NCBI GenBank assembly: GCA_002269645.1 | Contig: NIVC01001375.1 | Coordinates: forward strand, 62,001 to 126,000 | DNA length: 64,000 bases | Direction of reading: 5' to 3' | From: Macrostomum lignano | Taxonomy: Eukaryota | Shown: positions 28,234 through 63,361 of the stretch, one piece after another | Layout: the number at the start of each line of letters is the position of its first letter | Numbering within the stretch: the stretch's first letter is position 1 | Notes under the pieces: model-generated | What the model was told of the DNA's origin: nothing | Seen by the model: only the letters and a program-made list of their open reading frames with translations | Databases searched by the model: none | Translations under genes and position numbers: made by a program

Positions 28234-31011
28234 TTAAATCAAAATTCTGTCTAGGCTATACGTCCATCTCCTCGTAGACCTCCTGCTGTTCCTCCTGTTT
28301 GGGCGGCTGCAGCGCCGGGTTCCTCTCCGGCAGCGGCGGCGGAACGTCGTCAGCAGCGCCGGCCGGGTACTGGGCGAAGCCGGACCGGCTGCGCTGTAGC
28401 AGCGGGTGATCGCCAAGACCGAACTCCTGGCTGCGAGCTCGGCCGTAGCCGCCGCCGCCGCCGCCGCCCCGCCAGCAGCTGGTCCAGTGGCCAGCATGGA
28501 AGTCAGGGCGTCGGTGCTCTGAGCCGACCGCATCGCACCTCTCGGATCGATTGGCAGGCTGGTGGAGAACGGATCGGAGGCTGACTGCCGCATAGCGGAT
28601 TGGCTCATGCTGTGAATTCGCTGCATTTGGTGCAGTTGCATCTGTTGGATCTGGTTCACCTGCTGCATCTGCTGCAACTGCTGCTGCAGATTCGACGCAG
28701 ATGCGTTCAAGCTCGGCCGCGAACCATTCAGCGTGGTGCTGCCATTGCGTTTAGTAAATCGACGACTCTCGGGCTTTCTGGCGCTCTGAAATCGGGCGCC
28801 TCTGCTGTTGGGATCCTCGGTATCCAGATAGGTGTAGGAGTTGTAATCGTCCATTCCAGCTGCGCCGGTCTTGACCTCGTCGCGTCTGGCGCGTCGTTGC
28901 AACAGGCAGCAGACTAGTAGTGCGATGAGGGCCAGCGCCACCACTGGGACAATAACTGCTATTGAGATGTGCGCAGGCGACAGTTGTTGCTGCTCGGCTC
29001 GCGATGGCATGAACACACGACAGTTAGTTGGACTTTCAACATCGCCTGACGTTGGTCCTTGAAGTATGACGCAAAACCGATGCCGTTGAAGAGTGTCTAC
29101 GTGGAAGACTAACGAGTTGACAGAAATTAGCGCCTCTTGCACGCTATTTCTCAGCTGGTAGTCCGCCTCGGGGCCGTATCTAACGATGTAGCGATCGAAT
29201 CGGCTGGCGAGGCCGCTGGCATTGATGGTCAGGCGCACCAGTAGCTCGTCACTTAGCTCCATGGCGAGCCGGATGTCCAGAGGGTAAGGAAATGCCGTCG
29301 GCGTCGGTGCCGGAGTCGACGGCGGTTCGCGCATCTTGCAGGAGGCTGGGATTGGAGCTCCGCTGGGACAGAAGTCGGCGCCGGTTAAGTCAGACCAAGC
29401 TCGGCCACGCAAATTAAGAGGCTGGTTGCAGAGGACGCCGGTTAGAGCGTCGTTGCCGGCCTCTGCACGCATCCTGTTGAGCAGCCAGACCAGAGCGCAG
29501 TCACAGCGCCAAGGATTGCCAGCGAGTCCGATTTTGGACAAGCTGGTCAGGCCAGCCAGAGTGCAGTTGTCCAGGCTGGACAAGCTGTTGTCCTGCAGCT
29601 GCACTATGGCATTCGGCGCCAGGCCGTAGAGACTTGCTGAGTTAAGCTCCACGATTTTGTTGTTACGCAAACTCAGCAAATCGAGGCGCGACCAGGCAAA
29701 TTGAAAGTCCGGCACGTTGGTAATGACATTGTAGTCCAACAGAAGTCGCCGCAGCTGCTGATTACCAACTAGGCCTGGCCACACGGTGTCATCAAGGCCG
29801 CTGCGCATTTCTGCACCTTGGCCGCTTAGAGTAAGATTTCGCAGAGCAGGTAATTTGGTCAGCACCTCTGACCAGCTAGCTTGTTGCGGATCCGTCACTG
29901 AGCGGACGAGGACCCGCGAAGCCGGAATAGTCAGGCTGAGTTCGGCCAGTCGGCCCAGTCGTTGAAATGCTGTCACCTCGATGAAATTGATCTGCGCATC
30001 GTCCAGCTTCAAAGAGTAGAGTCGGGACCGCTCGTGAAAGTCGCCAACCCGGATGTTGGACACGAGCGTTTTGCGAGCCTCCAATAGTTCTAGCGACTCT
30101 AGCTGGCCTATATTGTTGGGCATCTCTTTCATCGGGTTGCTGTTCAGGAACAGGCGTTGCAAAGCGCTCATCGAGCCCAGGCCAGGAAGACCATCGGCAC
30201 CAAGCTTATTACCGTTTAGTTCAAGCACTTTCAGGGTTTTAGCGGCACTGGCAAAGCTTCGAAGGTCTAATAGAGTTAGTTGATTATTCGCAAAGTTCAT
30301 GAGAGTCAGCCGACTGAAGCTTGAATTGGGGTTCACTATTGTTGTGAGGCCGCAATTAGTCATAGTGAGGTTTTCCACTGTGCCAATCTGGCGTAGCAAG
30401 CTAGTCATGTAGGTCGATGCGGGATTCTTGCACAATTCGATAACTCTAAGGCTGGATAGACTAGTAAATGCGCTGCTTTCGATGCTGACAATGTCGGCAT
30501 TGATGAGACGCACGATTGACAGCTTAGTGCCCGAAACGAAGTCATTTGGCAAGTGGCCAAGTTTCACGTTTTCCAGATGCAAGAATGTCAAGCTGGACAA
30601 AGTACTCAAAAGTTGTTCCGCCTTAACCGCAGTTGGCTGCATAGCGGAGGCCACAACCATGAGCTCAGTGAGAAGGTGCAGATTTCGAAACGCTTGCCCG
30701 CTCAAATTAGCAATTGGAACTGTGGTGCGAATGCTCAAAAAAGTGAGCGAGTCGGTCAGGTTGGCAAAACTGTCGGGGCCGATGTAAGCGATCGGACACG
30801 AGTCCATGTAGAATATCTTCGCATTCAGACTGGCGTCGACGGTGGGCACTTCAGTGACTTCGCTACCTGAGCAGGTGATCATGCGAACCTGTTGAGGGAG
30901 CTGCTCCAATCGACAGTAGCGCGAGCTTTCTGTTGTGACATGGATTGCGCTGTGCTGCGCCGAAAGCAGCAACAGCAATAGCAGAAGCGGCCCTGGCAAT
31001 GATGAAGGCAT
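28234..31011 (-). CDS. Intronless LRR type-I transmembrane protein (signal peptide, LRRNT, many LRRs, LRRCT, FN3-like region, TM, cytoplasmic tail)
   Basis: Start MPSSLPGPLLLLLLLLSA at 31011; LxxLxLxxN repeats; LRRCT NPWRCDCALVWL...C..P..LRG...FC; TM ISIAVIVPVVALALIALLVCCLL. The true C-terminus is probably in another frame ending at 28256. Confidence 0.9.
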   Translation of the reverse strand: MPSSLPGPLLLLLLLLSAQHSAIHVTTESSRYCRLEQLPQQVRMITCSGSEVTEVPTVDASLNAKIFYMDSCPIAYIGPDSFANLTDSLTFLSIRTTVPIANLSGQAFRNLHLLTELMVVASAMQPTAVKAEQLLSTLSSLTFLHLENVKLGHLPNDFVSGTKLSIVRLINADIVSIESSAFTSLSSLRVIELCKNPASTYMTSLLRQIGTVENLTMTNCGLTTIVNPNSSFSRLTLMNFANNQLTLLDLRSFASAAKTLKVLELNGNKLGADGLPGLGSMSALQRLFLNSNPMKEMPNNIGQLESLELLEARKTLVSNIRVGDFHERSRLYSLKLDDAQINFIEVTAFQRLGRLAELSLTIPASRVLVRSVTDPQQASWSEVLTKLPALRNLTLSGQGAEMRSGLDDTVWPGLVGNQQLRRLLLDYNVITNVPDFQFAWSRLDLLSLRNNKIVELNSASLYGLAPNAIVQLQDNSLSSLDNCTLAGLTSLSKIGLAGNPWRCDCALVWLLNRMRAEAGNDALTGVLCNQPLNLRGRAWSDLTGADFCPSGAPIPASCKMREPPSTPAPTPTAFPYPLDIRLAMELSDELLVRLTINASGLASRFDRYIVRYGPEADYQLRNSVQEALISVNSLVFHVDTLQRHRFCVILQGPTSGDVESPTNCRVFMPSRAEQQQLSPAHISIAVIVPVVALALIALLVCCLLQRRARRDEVKTGAAGMDDYNSYTYLDTEDPNSRGARFQSARKPESRRFTKRNGSTTLNGSRPSLNASASNLQQQLQQMQQVNQIQQMQLHQMQRIHSMSQSAMRQSASDPFSTSLPIDPRGAMRSAQSTDALTSMLATGPAAGGAAAAAAATAELAARSSVLAITRCYSAAGPASPSTRPALLTTFRRRCRRGTRRCSRPNRRNSRRSTRRWTYSLDRILI

Positions 31012-32155
31012 ATCGCTGTTGCAGCACCGAAGGCTACGAGAGAGACATGGAACGATTCGGAAAAATGTCTGTTCACTTTCGCACTCTCCGCTTTCTCGTC
31101 TTCTTTTCAAGCCAGGCCATTTCTATAGCCTCTCTCCCTCTCTTTTTCTAACCAGCCTATTGTGCTGCAACAGCGCCCCTCACCTTCTGAACAGCTGGAG
31201 TCCCCCAGTCGGATGGAGGGGGTGGCGCATTAGCTTTGGTAGCTACTTTCGAATAATCGAAACGCACGCAGCGCGCATAACGCACTGAGGCTGAAACAAC
31301 GTGTGTGTGTGTGCTTTGGCGGTAGGGTTTCGCTTCGCCTGTCTGCCACCCCCAACCCCCAGTGAACAGTTGAGGACTGGGGGTTGGCTGGAGGGGCTGG
31401 AAGGGGTAAGTAATTATAATTAGGGGGTCTGCACAGGGGGTGACGCATGCGCAAGCACCATGTCGAATAGCAGTTTAGTTTAAGCGAGAGACGATCTGAT
31501 AAAAAATATGAATATAATACTGTGTCCACACTGGACTGTCCCCGTGGTGAATGCTGAATGCACGATGAATTTTCGAGACTTTGTTATCCATGCAGAAGAC
31601 TGAGTTATTCGGGAGCTGAAATTCAAAGCGCACTGTATAATCTGTACGCAGATTCAGCCACTCATTGTTGGTTAAATCATTACATTCTTTGAGTCGGCTT
31701 TGAAATCTATTTTTAGCCGTGTTTATTTACTAAATTCAGCTTGTAGCTAGCATATGCGTAAAATGCGAATAGTCAAATGGTCAATTATGGAAGGCAGCGC
31801 GGAAAATGCTCTCCTCACTGCTCTCGAGTCGAAGTCTAATTATTTTCTATAGTAATTGTGAGACATTCTGCGCTAGTTTTGTCTTCACCTAAATGTGCTG
31901 TGCACTGAGCCGGTGCAAAGAGAAATTGCCTAGTTAAGTGTTTCCCAATTTGTATATAAAGATGTATTTAGCATAATTATATTTTTTGGGTACAGCGGTA
32001 TTACGCTCGTTCAACGCACAGTATAGCTAAAGCTTACAGTAGTTTTTGTAGCTACTCTTCCTACGAGTAACGTGAATTTTTTGCGGAAAAATTACAAGTA
32101 CGTTCCATGAACAAACTGAGTAGTAGCAGCTAGAACATACAGTACTGTAGATGAA

Positions 32156-34190
32156 CAATGAGGCGCTGATATTGTGGTGAATGAGGCGCTCACATTGGTG
32201 TGAATGAGGCGCTGACATTGGTGTGAATGAGGCGCTGATATTGTGGTGAATGAGGCGCTGACATTGGTGTGAATGAGGCGCTGACATTGGTGTGAATGAG
32301 GCGCTGACATTGTTGTGAAACATTGGTGTGAATGAGTCGCTGATATTGTGGTGAATGAGGCGCTGACATTGGTGTGAATGAGGCGCTGACATTGGTGTGA
32401 ATGAGGCGCTGACATTGGTGTGAATGAGGCGCTGACATTGTTGTGAAACATTGGTGTGAATGAGGCGCTGACATTGGTGTGAATGAGTCGCTGACATTGG
32501 TGTGAATGAGGCGCTGACATTGGTGTGAATGAGGCGCTGACATTGTTGTGAAACATTGGTGTGAATGAGGCGCTGACATTGGTGTGAATGAGGCGCTGAT
32601 ATTGTGGTGAATGAGGCGCTGAAATTGGTGTGAATGAGTCGCTGATATTGTGGTGAATGAGGCGCTGACATTGGTGTGAATGAGGCGCTGACATTGGTGT
32701 GAATGAGGCGCTGACATTGGTGTGAATGAGGCGCTGACATTGTTGTGAAACATTGGTGTGAATGAGGCGCTGACAGTGGTGTGAATGAGTCGCTGACATT
32801 GGTGTGAATGAGGCGCTGACATTGGTGTGAATGAGGCGCTGATATTGTGGTGAATGAGGCGCTGACATTGGTGTGAATGAGGCGCTGATATTGTGGTGAA
32901 TGAGGCGCTGACATTGGTGTGAATGAGGCGCTGACATTGGTGTGAATGAGTCGCTGACATTGGTGTGAATGAGGCGCTGACATTGGTGTGAATGAGGCGC
33001 TGACATTGGTGTGAATGAGGCGCTGACATTGTTGTGAAACATTGGTGTGAATGAGGCGCTGACATTGTTGTGAAACATTGGTGTGAATGAGGCGCTGACA
33101 TTGGTGTGAATGAGTCGCTGACATTGTTGTGAAACATTGGTGTGAATGAGTCGCTGACATTAGTGTGAATGAGGCGCTGAAATTGGTGTGAATGAGGCGC
33201 TGACATTGTTGTGAAACATTGGTGTGAATGAGGCGCTGACATTGGTGTGAATGAGGCGCTGACATTGGTGTGAATGAGTCGCTGATATTGTGGTGAATGA
33301 GGCGCTGACATTGGTGTGAATGAGTCGCTGACATTGGTGTGAATGAGGCGCTGACATTGGTGTGAATGAGGCGCTGACATTGGTGTGAATGAGGCGCTGA
33401 CATTGGTGTGAATGAGGCGCTGACATTGTTGTGAAACATTGGTGTGAATGAGGCGCTGACATTGGTGTGAATGAGTCGCTGACATTGGTGTGAATGAGGC
33501 GCTGACATTGTTGTGAAACATTGGTGTGAATGAGGCGCTGACATTGTTGTGAAACATTGGTGTGAATGAGGCGCTGACATTGTTGTGAAACATTGGTGTG
33601 AATGAGGCGCTGACATTGGTGTGAATGAGTCGCTGATATTGTTGTGAAACATTGGTGTGAATGAGTCGCTGACATTGGTGTGAATGAGGCGCTGACATTG
33701 TTGTGAAACATTGGTGTGAATGAGGCGCTGACATTGTTGTGAAACATTGGTGTGAATGAGGCGCTGACATTGTTGTGAAACATTGGTGTGAATGAGGCGC
33801 TGACATTGGTGTGAATGAGTCGCTGATATTGTTGTGAAACATTGGTGTGAATGAGTCGCTGACATTGGTGTGAATGAGGCGCTGACATTGGTGTGAATGA
33901 GGCGCTGACATTGGTGTGAATGAGGCGCTGACATTGTTGTGAAACATTGGTGTGAATGATGCGCTGACATTGGTGTGAATGAGGCGCTGACATTGGTGTG
34001 AATGAGTCGCTGATATTGTGGTGAATGAGGCGCTGACATTGGTGTGAATGAGGCGCTGATATTGTGGTGAATGAGGCGCTGACATTGGTGTGAATGAGTC
34101 GCTGACATTGGTGTGAATGAGGCGCTTACATTGGTGTGAATGAGGCGCTGACATTGGTGTGAATGAGGCGCTTACATTGGCATGAATGAG
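32156..34190. repeat. 23-bp minisatellite (GGTGTGAATGAGGCGCTGACATT)n with recurring 13-bp insertion variant
   Basis: Direct reading; the overlapping ORFs have 23-aa periodicity. Confidence 0.97.
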
Positions 34191-35768
34191 TAGCTGAAAC
34201 AGTCTGAATAAAAAAGTTATTCATAGTTTCGATCGCTACAATAATGCTGTAATGACACGCATTTAGGAGGCACTACCTACTACAATGTATAAGCCCTTAA
34301 GTTAATTACCTACATCTCTAACTATAAAAATCAAAATGTACATATAAAAAAGGATGCCCGCCTTCAGTGCACTTTAAATTAACTTCTGTTTTTATTGTAC
34401 GAGCGCTATGTAATGAAAATTTTGATTTCAATGTTAGCCAACTCTAGCGGGGATCGACATTATTAAATTTTCGCATTCTAGTTTTATTCACTTATATATA
34501 CTACTACAAGTAGAACATTTTTAGTTCTTTAGAGCTTCTTTAAAGCTCGTTTCTTCTTTAAATTTATCATGAGTCCGATAAAAAATTAATTTGAATACTT
34601 GGTCAGTCCTCTTTTTGTTTTTGTTGAGCATGATGTTTCTTATTGATTTATTTACTAAAGTATAATTGGGTTTCTGTTATCCTTTATTTAGTTAATTATT
34701 TGCTTAAGTATATTTGGGTTTTTTATCCTTTTTTAATTAAAATTTATCAGGTAAGGAATAAAAAATCATTATTACAGTTCTGATCATCCTAATAAAAATC
34801 TTCAGAAAAAGTACAATTTTCTTGTATTTTCTTTTCTGTGCATAAAAAATTCTTTGCTTAATTTTGTCACAACATTATATATATATAGGTACTGTTAGGT
34901 ACTGTTCCCCTCGCTGCACCTCACCAGTGCATCTGCTTCCATCTGCATATTTATAACAGATATATATTTATCTGTTAAATATCTATTTACTTTTTCACCT
35001 TTATTATTACTAGCAATAACAAAAACTAAGATAGCTATAGTCAGAACTCTAAAACAAAAATTTAAAGCTGCATAAATAATTGCTGGACGAAAGTTGAACA
35101 GAGAGCTGAAGCTATATAAGGTAAGTAACATAGGCAGAAACTAAGCCAAATTAGGGCACTAAAAATGAGTTTCATGATAATTTAATTTTTCAGATTCAAC
35201 AATATTTTTAAGACGAAAATTCTCGTGAGATGGGATCATACTTCATTTTGATATGATATGCAGTACAAAATTAAAGGATAAAACAAATCAATTCTGATTT
35301 TACCAGCACTTCAACAATTTATATATACTAAAATAAAAAACAAGTAAAAAATCGTTTCTTTTTTTAAAATCGAAGGAAAATCCAGATGAAATATACGACA
35401 ACAGAGTAGTATTGAGACTTTTTTCTAGAGGTAGCGGCTATAAATTATTCGGCGCTAAACCTTGGCTTAGTGTTGCTTTCATTTCATCGTCTAATGTGAA
35501 GTAAAAAGCAACAGTTTAACAGACTTTACATTATCGTGGTTACTATTTAAAAATATAAAAACGCGTTCTTAAAATACGTTTTTTGGATGAGAATATACAA
35601 ATGTAGTTATTATGTTAGGAATAAAAATATATATATTTAAAATGTAATCATACTATTCATCTGTTTTAATCATCTCGCCACTTTGTTTTACTGTAAGAAT
35701 GTTTGTATTGTTATTTAAATGCTAATTTTCGCGACAAAATTCAGACCTCCCTCTTTCGACGAAGCACT

Positions 35769-58353
<22,585 letters not shown>

Positions 58354-59099
58354 ATTGCTTCGAGAAAGGACTTCTTAAACGGGCCCTTTTTTCTTATACA
58401 AAAAAGCGCACAGAGCTCGCCTTTCGATGTTACGTGCTGCTATTGTGTGCTTTTCGCGCCTTACTATTTGCTATATCTGTGTCGCTATCTTTCTTTTTAC
58501 CACAGTTTCATGCAGAAGTTCGTTTTCGACTTTTTTTCCTAACGCATAGCATCCGTGTTTTGCTATCGATTGGGTCCAAAATCTATTTTTAATAAGCATA
58601 TCTGTGCTCTGCGCCTGTGTCTGCTATATTACGTAATCTCTCTCGTGTTTGTTTTAATTGTACAAGATTTCAATTAATACAGAATTGTGATTTAATTCAA
58701 TTGTGATTTTTTGTCAAGTATTAATATCTGTTTTATTAATTTTTTTCTGCCTTAAATGTCGAAATTTTTTCAGGAGCCCAGGCTCCTCTGTTTCGTATTA
58801 ACTATGCTCATTTAGCTTTCTAAGGTTTTTCCGATGTGGGCTCCTTGGGGACCATATTTTTCTGCTGTTTAAATTTGTTATGACACACTGCCACGCCTCC
58901 TGATTATGCTTGCTTTGTATTATTATTTTCTAAATATGTTGGCCTTACTCGTTTGCGTGCTATTGAGTGTCTTGTCTTGCTCTGCTTTTTCCTTCGTAAT
59001 TTGTAGCAATTTTTTTCGAGTACCTGTTGAATTTTGATTGCTGTTTTTTTCTTACGCTTTGGCGTTCGGCTCTGACTTTTAGCTGGGTCATTTGCATCA

Positions 59100-59450
59100 G
59101 TAGGTCAGTCCTAAACCTGTCAGTAGGTCAGTCCCTAGAACTGACAGGTCAGTCCTAAACTGTCAGTAGGTCAGTCCTAAAACTGTCAGTAGGTCAGTCT
59201 TAAAACTGTCAGGTCAGTCCTAAAACTGTCAGGTCAGTCCTAAAACTGTCGGGTCAGTCCTAAAACTGTCAGGTCAGTCCTAAAACTGTCAGTAGGTCAG
59301 TCCTAAAACTGTCAGGTCAGTCCTAAAACTGTCAGTAGGTCAGTCCTAAAACTGTCAGGTCAGTCCTAAAACTGTCAGTAGGTCATTCCTAAAACTGTCA
59401 GTAGGTCAGTCCCTAAAACTGTCAGTAGGTCAGTCCCTAAAACTGTCAGC
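59100..59450. repeat. 20/23-bp minisatellite (AGGTCAGTCCTAAAACTGTC[AGT])n
   Basis: Direct reading. Confidence 0.93.
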
Positions 59451-60109
59451 AGAGATGTCAGGCACTAACCTGCTGACCACTGGATGAATGTCAGTGAATA
59501 TTGATAAAACTTCAGTTTAGAAAGAGCTGAAAAGTTTCAATTGCCACAAGCCATGCTACGCCTATTAATCATTCAATTACCTTTTGTTAAATAAAAATAT
59601 TTATTATTATGCTTATTGAACTTATTCATAATCATAGTTATTGTGAACTTTATGAAATTATTGATCGAAGTCTGCACTTCAAAGTGCTCTTGGCCAGTTA
59701 AATTTATTAATTAGGCTATGCACATGTTTTAACCAACTCATTTTTAATTTAATTTGTCATTTTCAATCAACGGCAACTGTTTGTCTTCCACACGCGAGCC
59801 GACTGGAACCTGTTTTGTCCTTTTTTGTCTCTTACCGCTAAAATATAAGTGCCTTTATTCTAACATATATTTATGCTCATATAAACTTGTGCATAGATTA
59901 TTATTGCATCGCAGTCGTGTGTGTTGCAAATCTTGATTAAATCTATCAATTATTTATTCCGCAATTACCGCATCCGCCATCACTGGTTTTGTTGGGCTCA
60001 GCGTGTTTTGCTAACAATGGATAGTTTGAAATTTTCCTTTTGAGTTTATTCGTTCCTGCTCTTGGCTGCATAATTGCTGCTTTTCTGCTTTCATTTGCAA
60101 TTCCTTTCT

Positions 60110-60840
60110 CAGGGTGTCTCAGTACTTGAGGAGGGTGTCTCAATGGAGGGTGTCTCAGTACTTGAGGAAGGTGTCTCAGTAATTGTAGAGGGTGTCTCAG
60201 TAATTGAGGAAGGTGTCTCAGTAATTGAGGAGGGTGTCTCAGTAATTGTAGAGGGTGTCTCAGTAATTGAGGAGGGTGTCTCAGTAATTGAGTAGGGTGT
60301 CTCAGTAATTGATGAGGGTGTCTCAGTAATTGATGAGGGTGTCTTAGTACTTGAGGAGGGTGTCTCAATTGAGGGTGTCTCAGTACTTGAGGAGGGTGTC
60401 TCAGTAATTGAAGAGGTTGTCTCAGTAATTGAGGAGGGTGTCTCAATGGAGGGTGTCTCAGTAATTGAAGAGGTTGTCTCAGTACTTGAGGAGGGTGTCT
60501 CAATTGAGGGTGTCTCAGTACTTGAGGAGGGTGTCTCAGTAATTGAAGAGGTTGTCTCAGTACTTGAGGAGGGTGTCTCAATTGAGGGTGTCTCAATAAT
60601 TGAAGAGGTTGTCTCAGTAATTGAAGAGGTTGTCTCAGTAATTGAGGAGGGTGTCTCAATGGAGGGTGTCTCAGTAATTGAGTAGGGTGTCTCAGTAATT
60701 GAGTAGGGTGTCTCAGTAATTGAGGAGGGTGTCTCAGTAATTGAGGAGGGTGTCTCAGTAATTGAGCAGGGTGTCTCAGTAATTGAGGAGGGTGTCTCCG
60801 TAATTGAGGAGGGTGTCTCAGCACTTGAGGCGGGTGTCCT
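60110..60840. repeat. 21/15-bp minisatellite (GAGGGTGTCTCAGTAATTGAG)n
   Basis: Direct reading. Confidence 0.95.
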
Positions 60841-61504
60841 TCAATAATCTTGACCTTCATGACCGGGCAGCAGTAATCTTACTGGTTGAATCATAAAATG
60901 TTATAATGTCATTGTTTATGATCTGCAGTGTGCTGCAGCAAAGAATTTAAGTGCAAATCAATTGACGTCACGGCAGGTAAGGCAGCCCTTTGTGGGCCAT
61001 AGTATACAAACAGGAATGTGTCAAGACAGTGGTGGCAAAGAGGCAAAGAACTATTATTCAACAGTTTGTGGCGAGTGATTTTGGTCGCGTTTATTATTTG
61101 GAGGCTTGAAATGTCATCCCACCCGAACACCTGCTGGTTCTTACCCGCTGCCTTGGTTTATGGCAATTTATTTTGATGGCCTGACAATGCCGCAGGGAGG
61201 GGGGGTACGCAGGTTTACTAGAATCCAGGCCAATGTAAACACAATCGGGAAGCCCGCATTCAAGAAGAGAGATCCGATAAGAATACTCATATTTCTGGTC
61301 AGCAGTTAATGTTGCTGGTTGGACCAGAAATATGCCAATAAATTTGGGGAATGGGACACGGCTACAGTAGGCTGGGATTGGAGGAGAATTCTAAATTATT
61401 AGGTCGTCGTTTGGCAACAATAGAGAAAAACAGACTCGCAATATAGAGTCCGTAGAAATCAGAGCAGATGTCTAAAGTACATCATTGTTGAGGCTGAGTT
61501 CAAA

Positions 61505-61932
61505 TGACAGAGGGGGCGCCAGCTACAGAGTGGGCGCCAGCTGCAGAAAGGGCGCCAGCTACAGAGGGGGCGCCAGCTGCAGAAGGGGGCGCCAGCTGCA
61601 GAAGGGGGCGCCAGCTACAAAGGGGGCGCCAGCTGCAGAAGGGGGCGCCAGCTACAGAGGGGGCAGACTACAGAGGGGGCAGACTACAGAGGGGGCAGAC
61701 TACAGAGGGGGCAGACTACAGAGGGGGCAGACTACAGAGGGGGCAGACTACAGAGGGGGCAGACTACAGAGGGGGCAGACTACAGAGGGGGCAGACTACA
61801 GAGGGGGCAGACTACAGAGGGGGCAGACTACAGAGGGGGCAGACTACAGAGGGGGCAGACTACAGAGGGGGCAGACTACAGAGGGGGCAGACTACAGAGG
61901 GGGCAGACTACAGAGGGGGCAGACTACAGAGG
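61505..61932. repeat. Compound minisatellite: (GGGGGCGCCAGCTRCAGA) units followed by 16-bp (GGGGGCAGACTACAGA)n
   Basis: Direct reading. Confidence 0.93.
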
Positions 61933-62300
61933 CCGCTGTAGCTGCTGCTGGAAGCGGGCTGGAGTCGAGCTGCTTGTCAGTGAACGCATTGTACAGCGTG
62001 CTTGACCAACCTCCTTAATGAAAAAATTCAGGTGTTCAAAACTTCTGTGTAGCGGTTTTCGCTCACGCAGTGACAGCAGGCTGCGGACAAGATCTGCATT
62101 TTCCTGTAGACAGCAGATCAGGTCACGGACGTTCGCCATGGAATGATTAATTGTGCCACTTTAAGAGCTGAACTGGCGAAAATGTCTCCATCAATCACTG
62201 AGAGCGGAGGCTGGGATTCCATCATTGGTACGTTCGCGATGGATGCTTAGGGGCCGTCATCTTGATTGATCTATTTGAAGAATAGAGCTAGCTTCGAGAT

Positions 62301-63110
62301 GGGAGATACTGGGATGGGAGATACTGAGATGGGAGATACTGAGATGGGAGATACTCAGAGATTGAGATGGGAGATACTCAGAGATTGAGATGGGAGATAC
62401 TCAGAGATTGAGATGGGAGATACTCAGAGACTGAGATGGGAGATACTCAGAGACTGAGATGGGAGATACACAGAGATTGAGATGGAAGATACTCAGAGAC
62501 TGAGATGAGAGATACTCAGAAATTGAGATGGGAGGTACTGAGATGGGAGATACTAAGAGACTGGGAAGGAAAATACTGAGATAGGAGATACTCAGAGATT
62601 GAGATTGGAGATACTAAGAGACTGGGATGGGAAATACTGAGATAGGAGATACTCAGAGACTGAGATGGGAGATACTGAGATGGGAGATACTGAGATGGGA
62701 GTTACTCAGAGATTGAGATGGGAGATACTCAGAGATTGAGATGGGAGATACTCAGAGATTGAGATGGGAGATACTCAGAGATTGAGATGGGAGATACTCA
62801 GAGACTGAGATGGGAGATACTGAGATGGGAAATACTCAGAGATTGAGATGGGAGATACTCAGAGATTGAGATGGGAGATACTCAGAGATTGAGATGGGAA
62901 ATACTGAGATAGGAGATACTCAGAGATTGAAATGGGAGATACTCAGAGATTGAACTGGGAGATACTCAGAGATTGAGATGTGAGATACTGAGATGGGAGA
63001 TACTGAGATGGGAGATACTGAGATGGGAGATACTGAGATGGGAGATACTGAGATGGGAGATACTGAGATGGGAGATACTGAGATGGGAGTTACTCAGAGA
63101 TTAAGATGGG
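62301..63110. repeat. 15/23-bp minisatellite (GAGATGGGAGATACT[CAGAGATT])n
   Basis: Direct reading. Confidence 0.95.
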
Positions 63111-63252
63111 AGATACGAAGACTAAGACAGAAGACGGGAGGAGAGAATTGAAAAACGGAGACAGCAAGACCAGCAGCACCTTACATCTCTTTACGAGTAT
63201 CTTACTGAGAGTAGTCAGCAAAGAAAACATATTTGCATGATGATTCACTAGT

Positions 63253-63258
63253 TTTATT
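63253..63258 (-). terminator. Polyadenylation signal AATAAA of the putative neuropeptide gene
   Basis: TTTATT on the + strand, downstream of the minus-strand stop at 63362. Confidence 0.5.
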
Positions 63259-63361
63259 TCTCAGTCAATTTTGTTGATTCGAAGACAGAGAGAAAAGCGT
63301 TCACGGCTATTCTAAGCTTCCACTCGGTGCAGATCTCAGTTTGTTCAAATCATTGCGCAAT

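Noticed and set aside
31012-31110. N-terminal 33 codons of the 958-aa ORF
   Set aside because: The signal peptide follows the Met at 31011, so the upstream part is probably 5' UTR.
32027-34154. 693-, 654-, 328- and 277-aa ORFs
   Set aside because: The 23-bp repeat lacks stops on that strand and the same peptide appears in all three frames.
61924-62139. 71-aa minus-strand ORF (MANVRDLICC...)
   Set aside because: It has no recognisable motif or convincing splice pair; more than one frame looks equally plausible.
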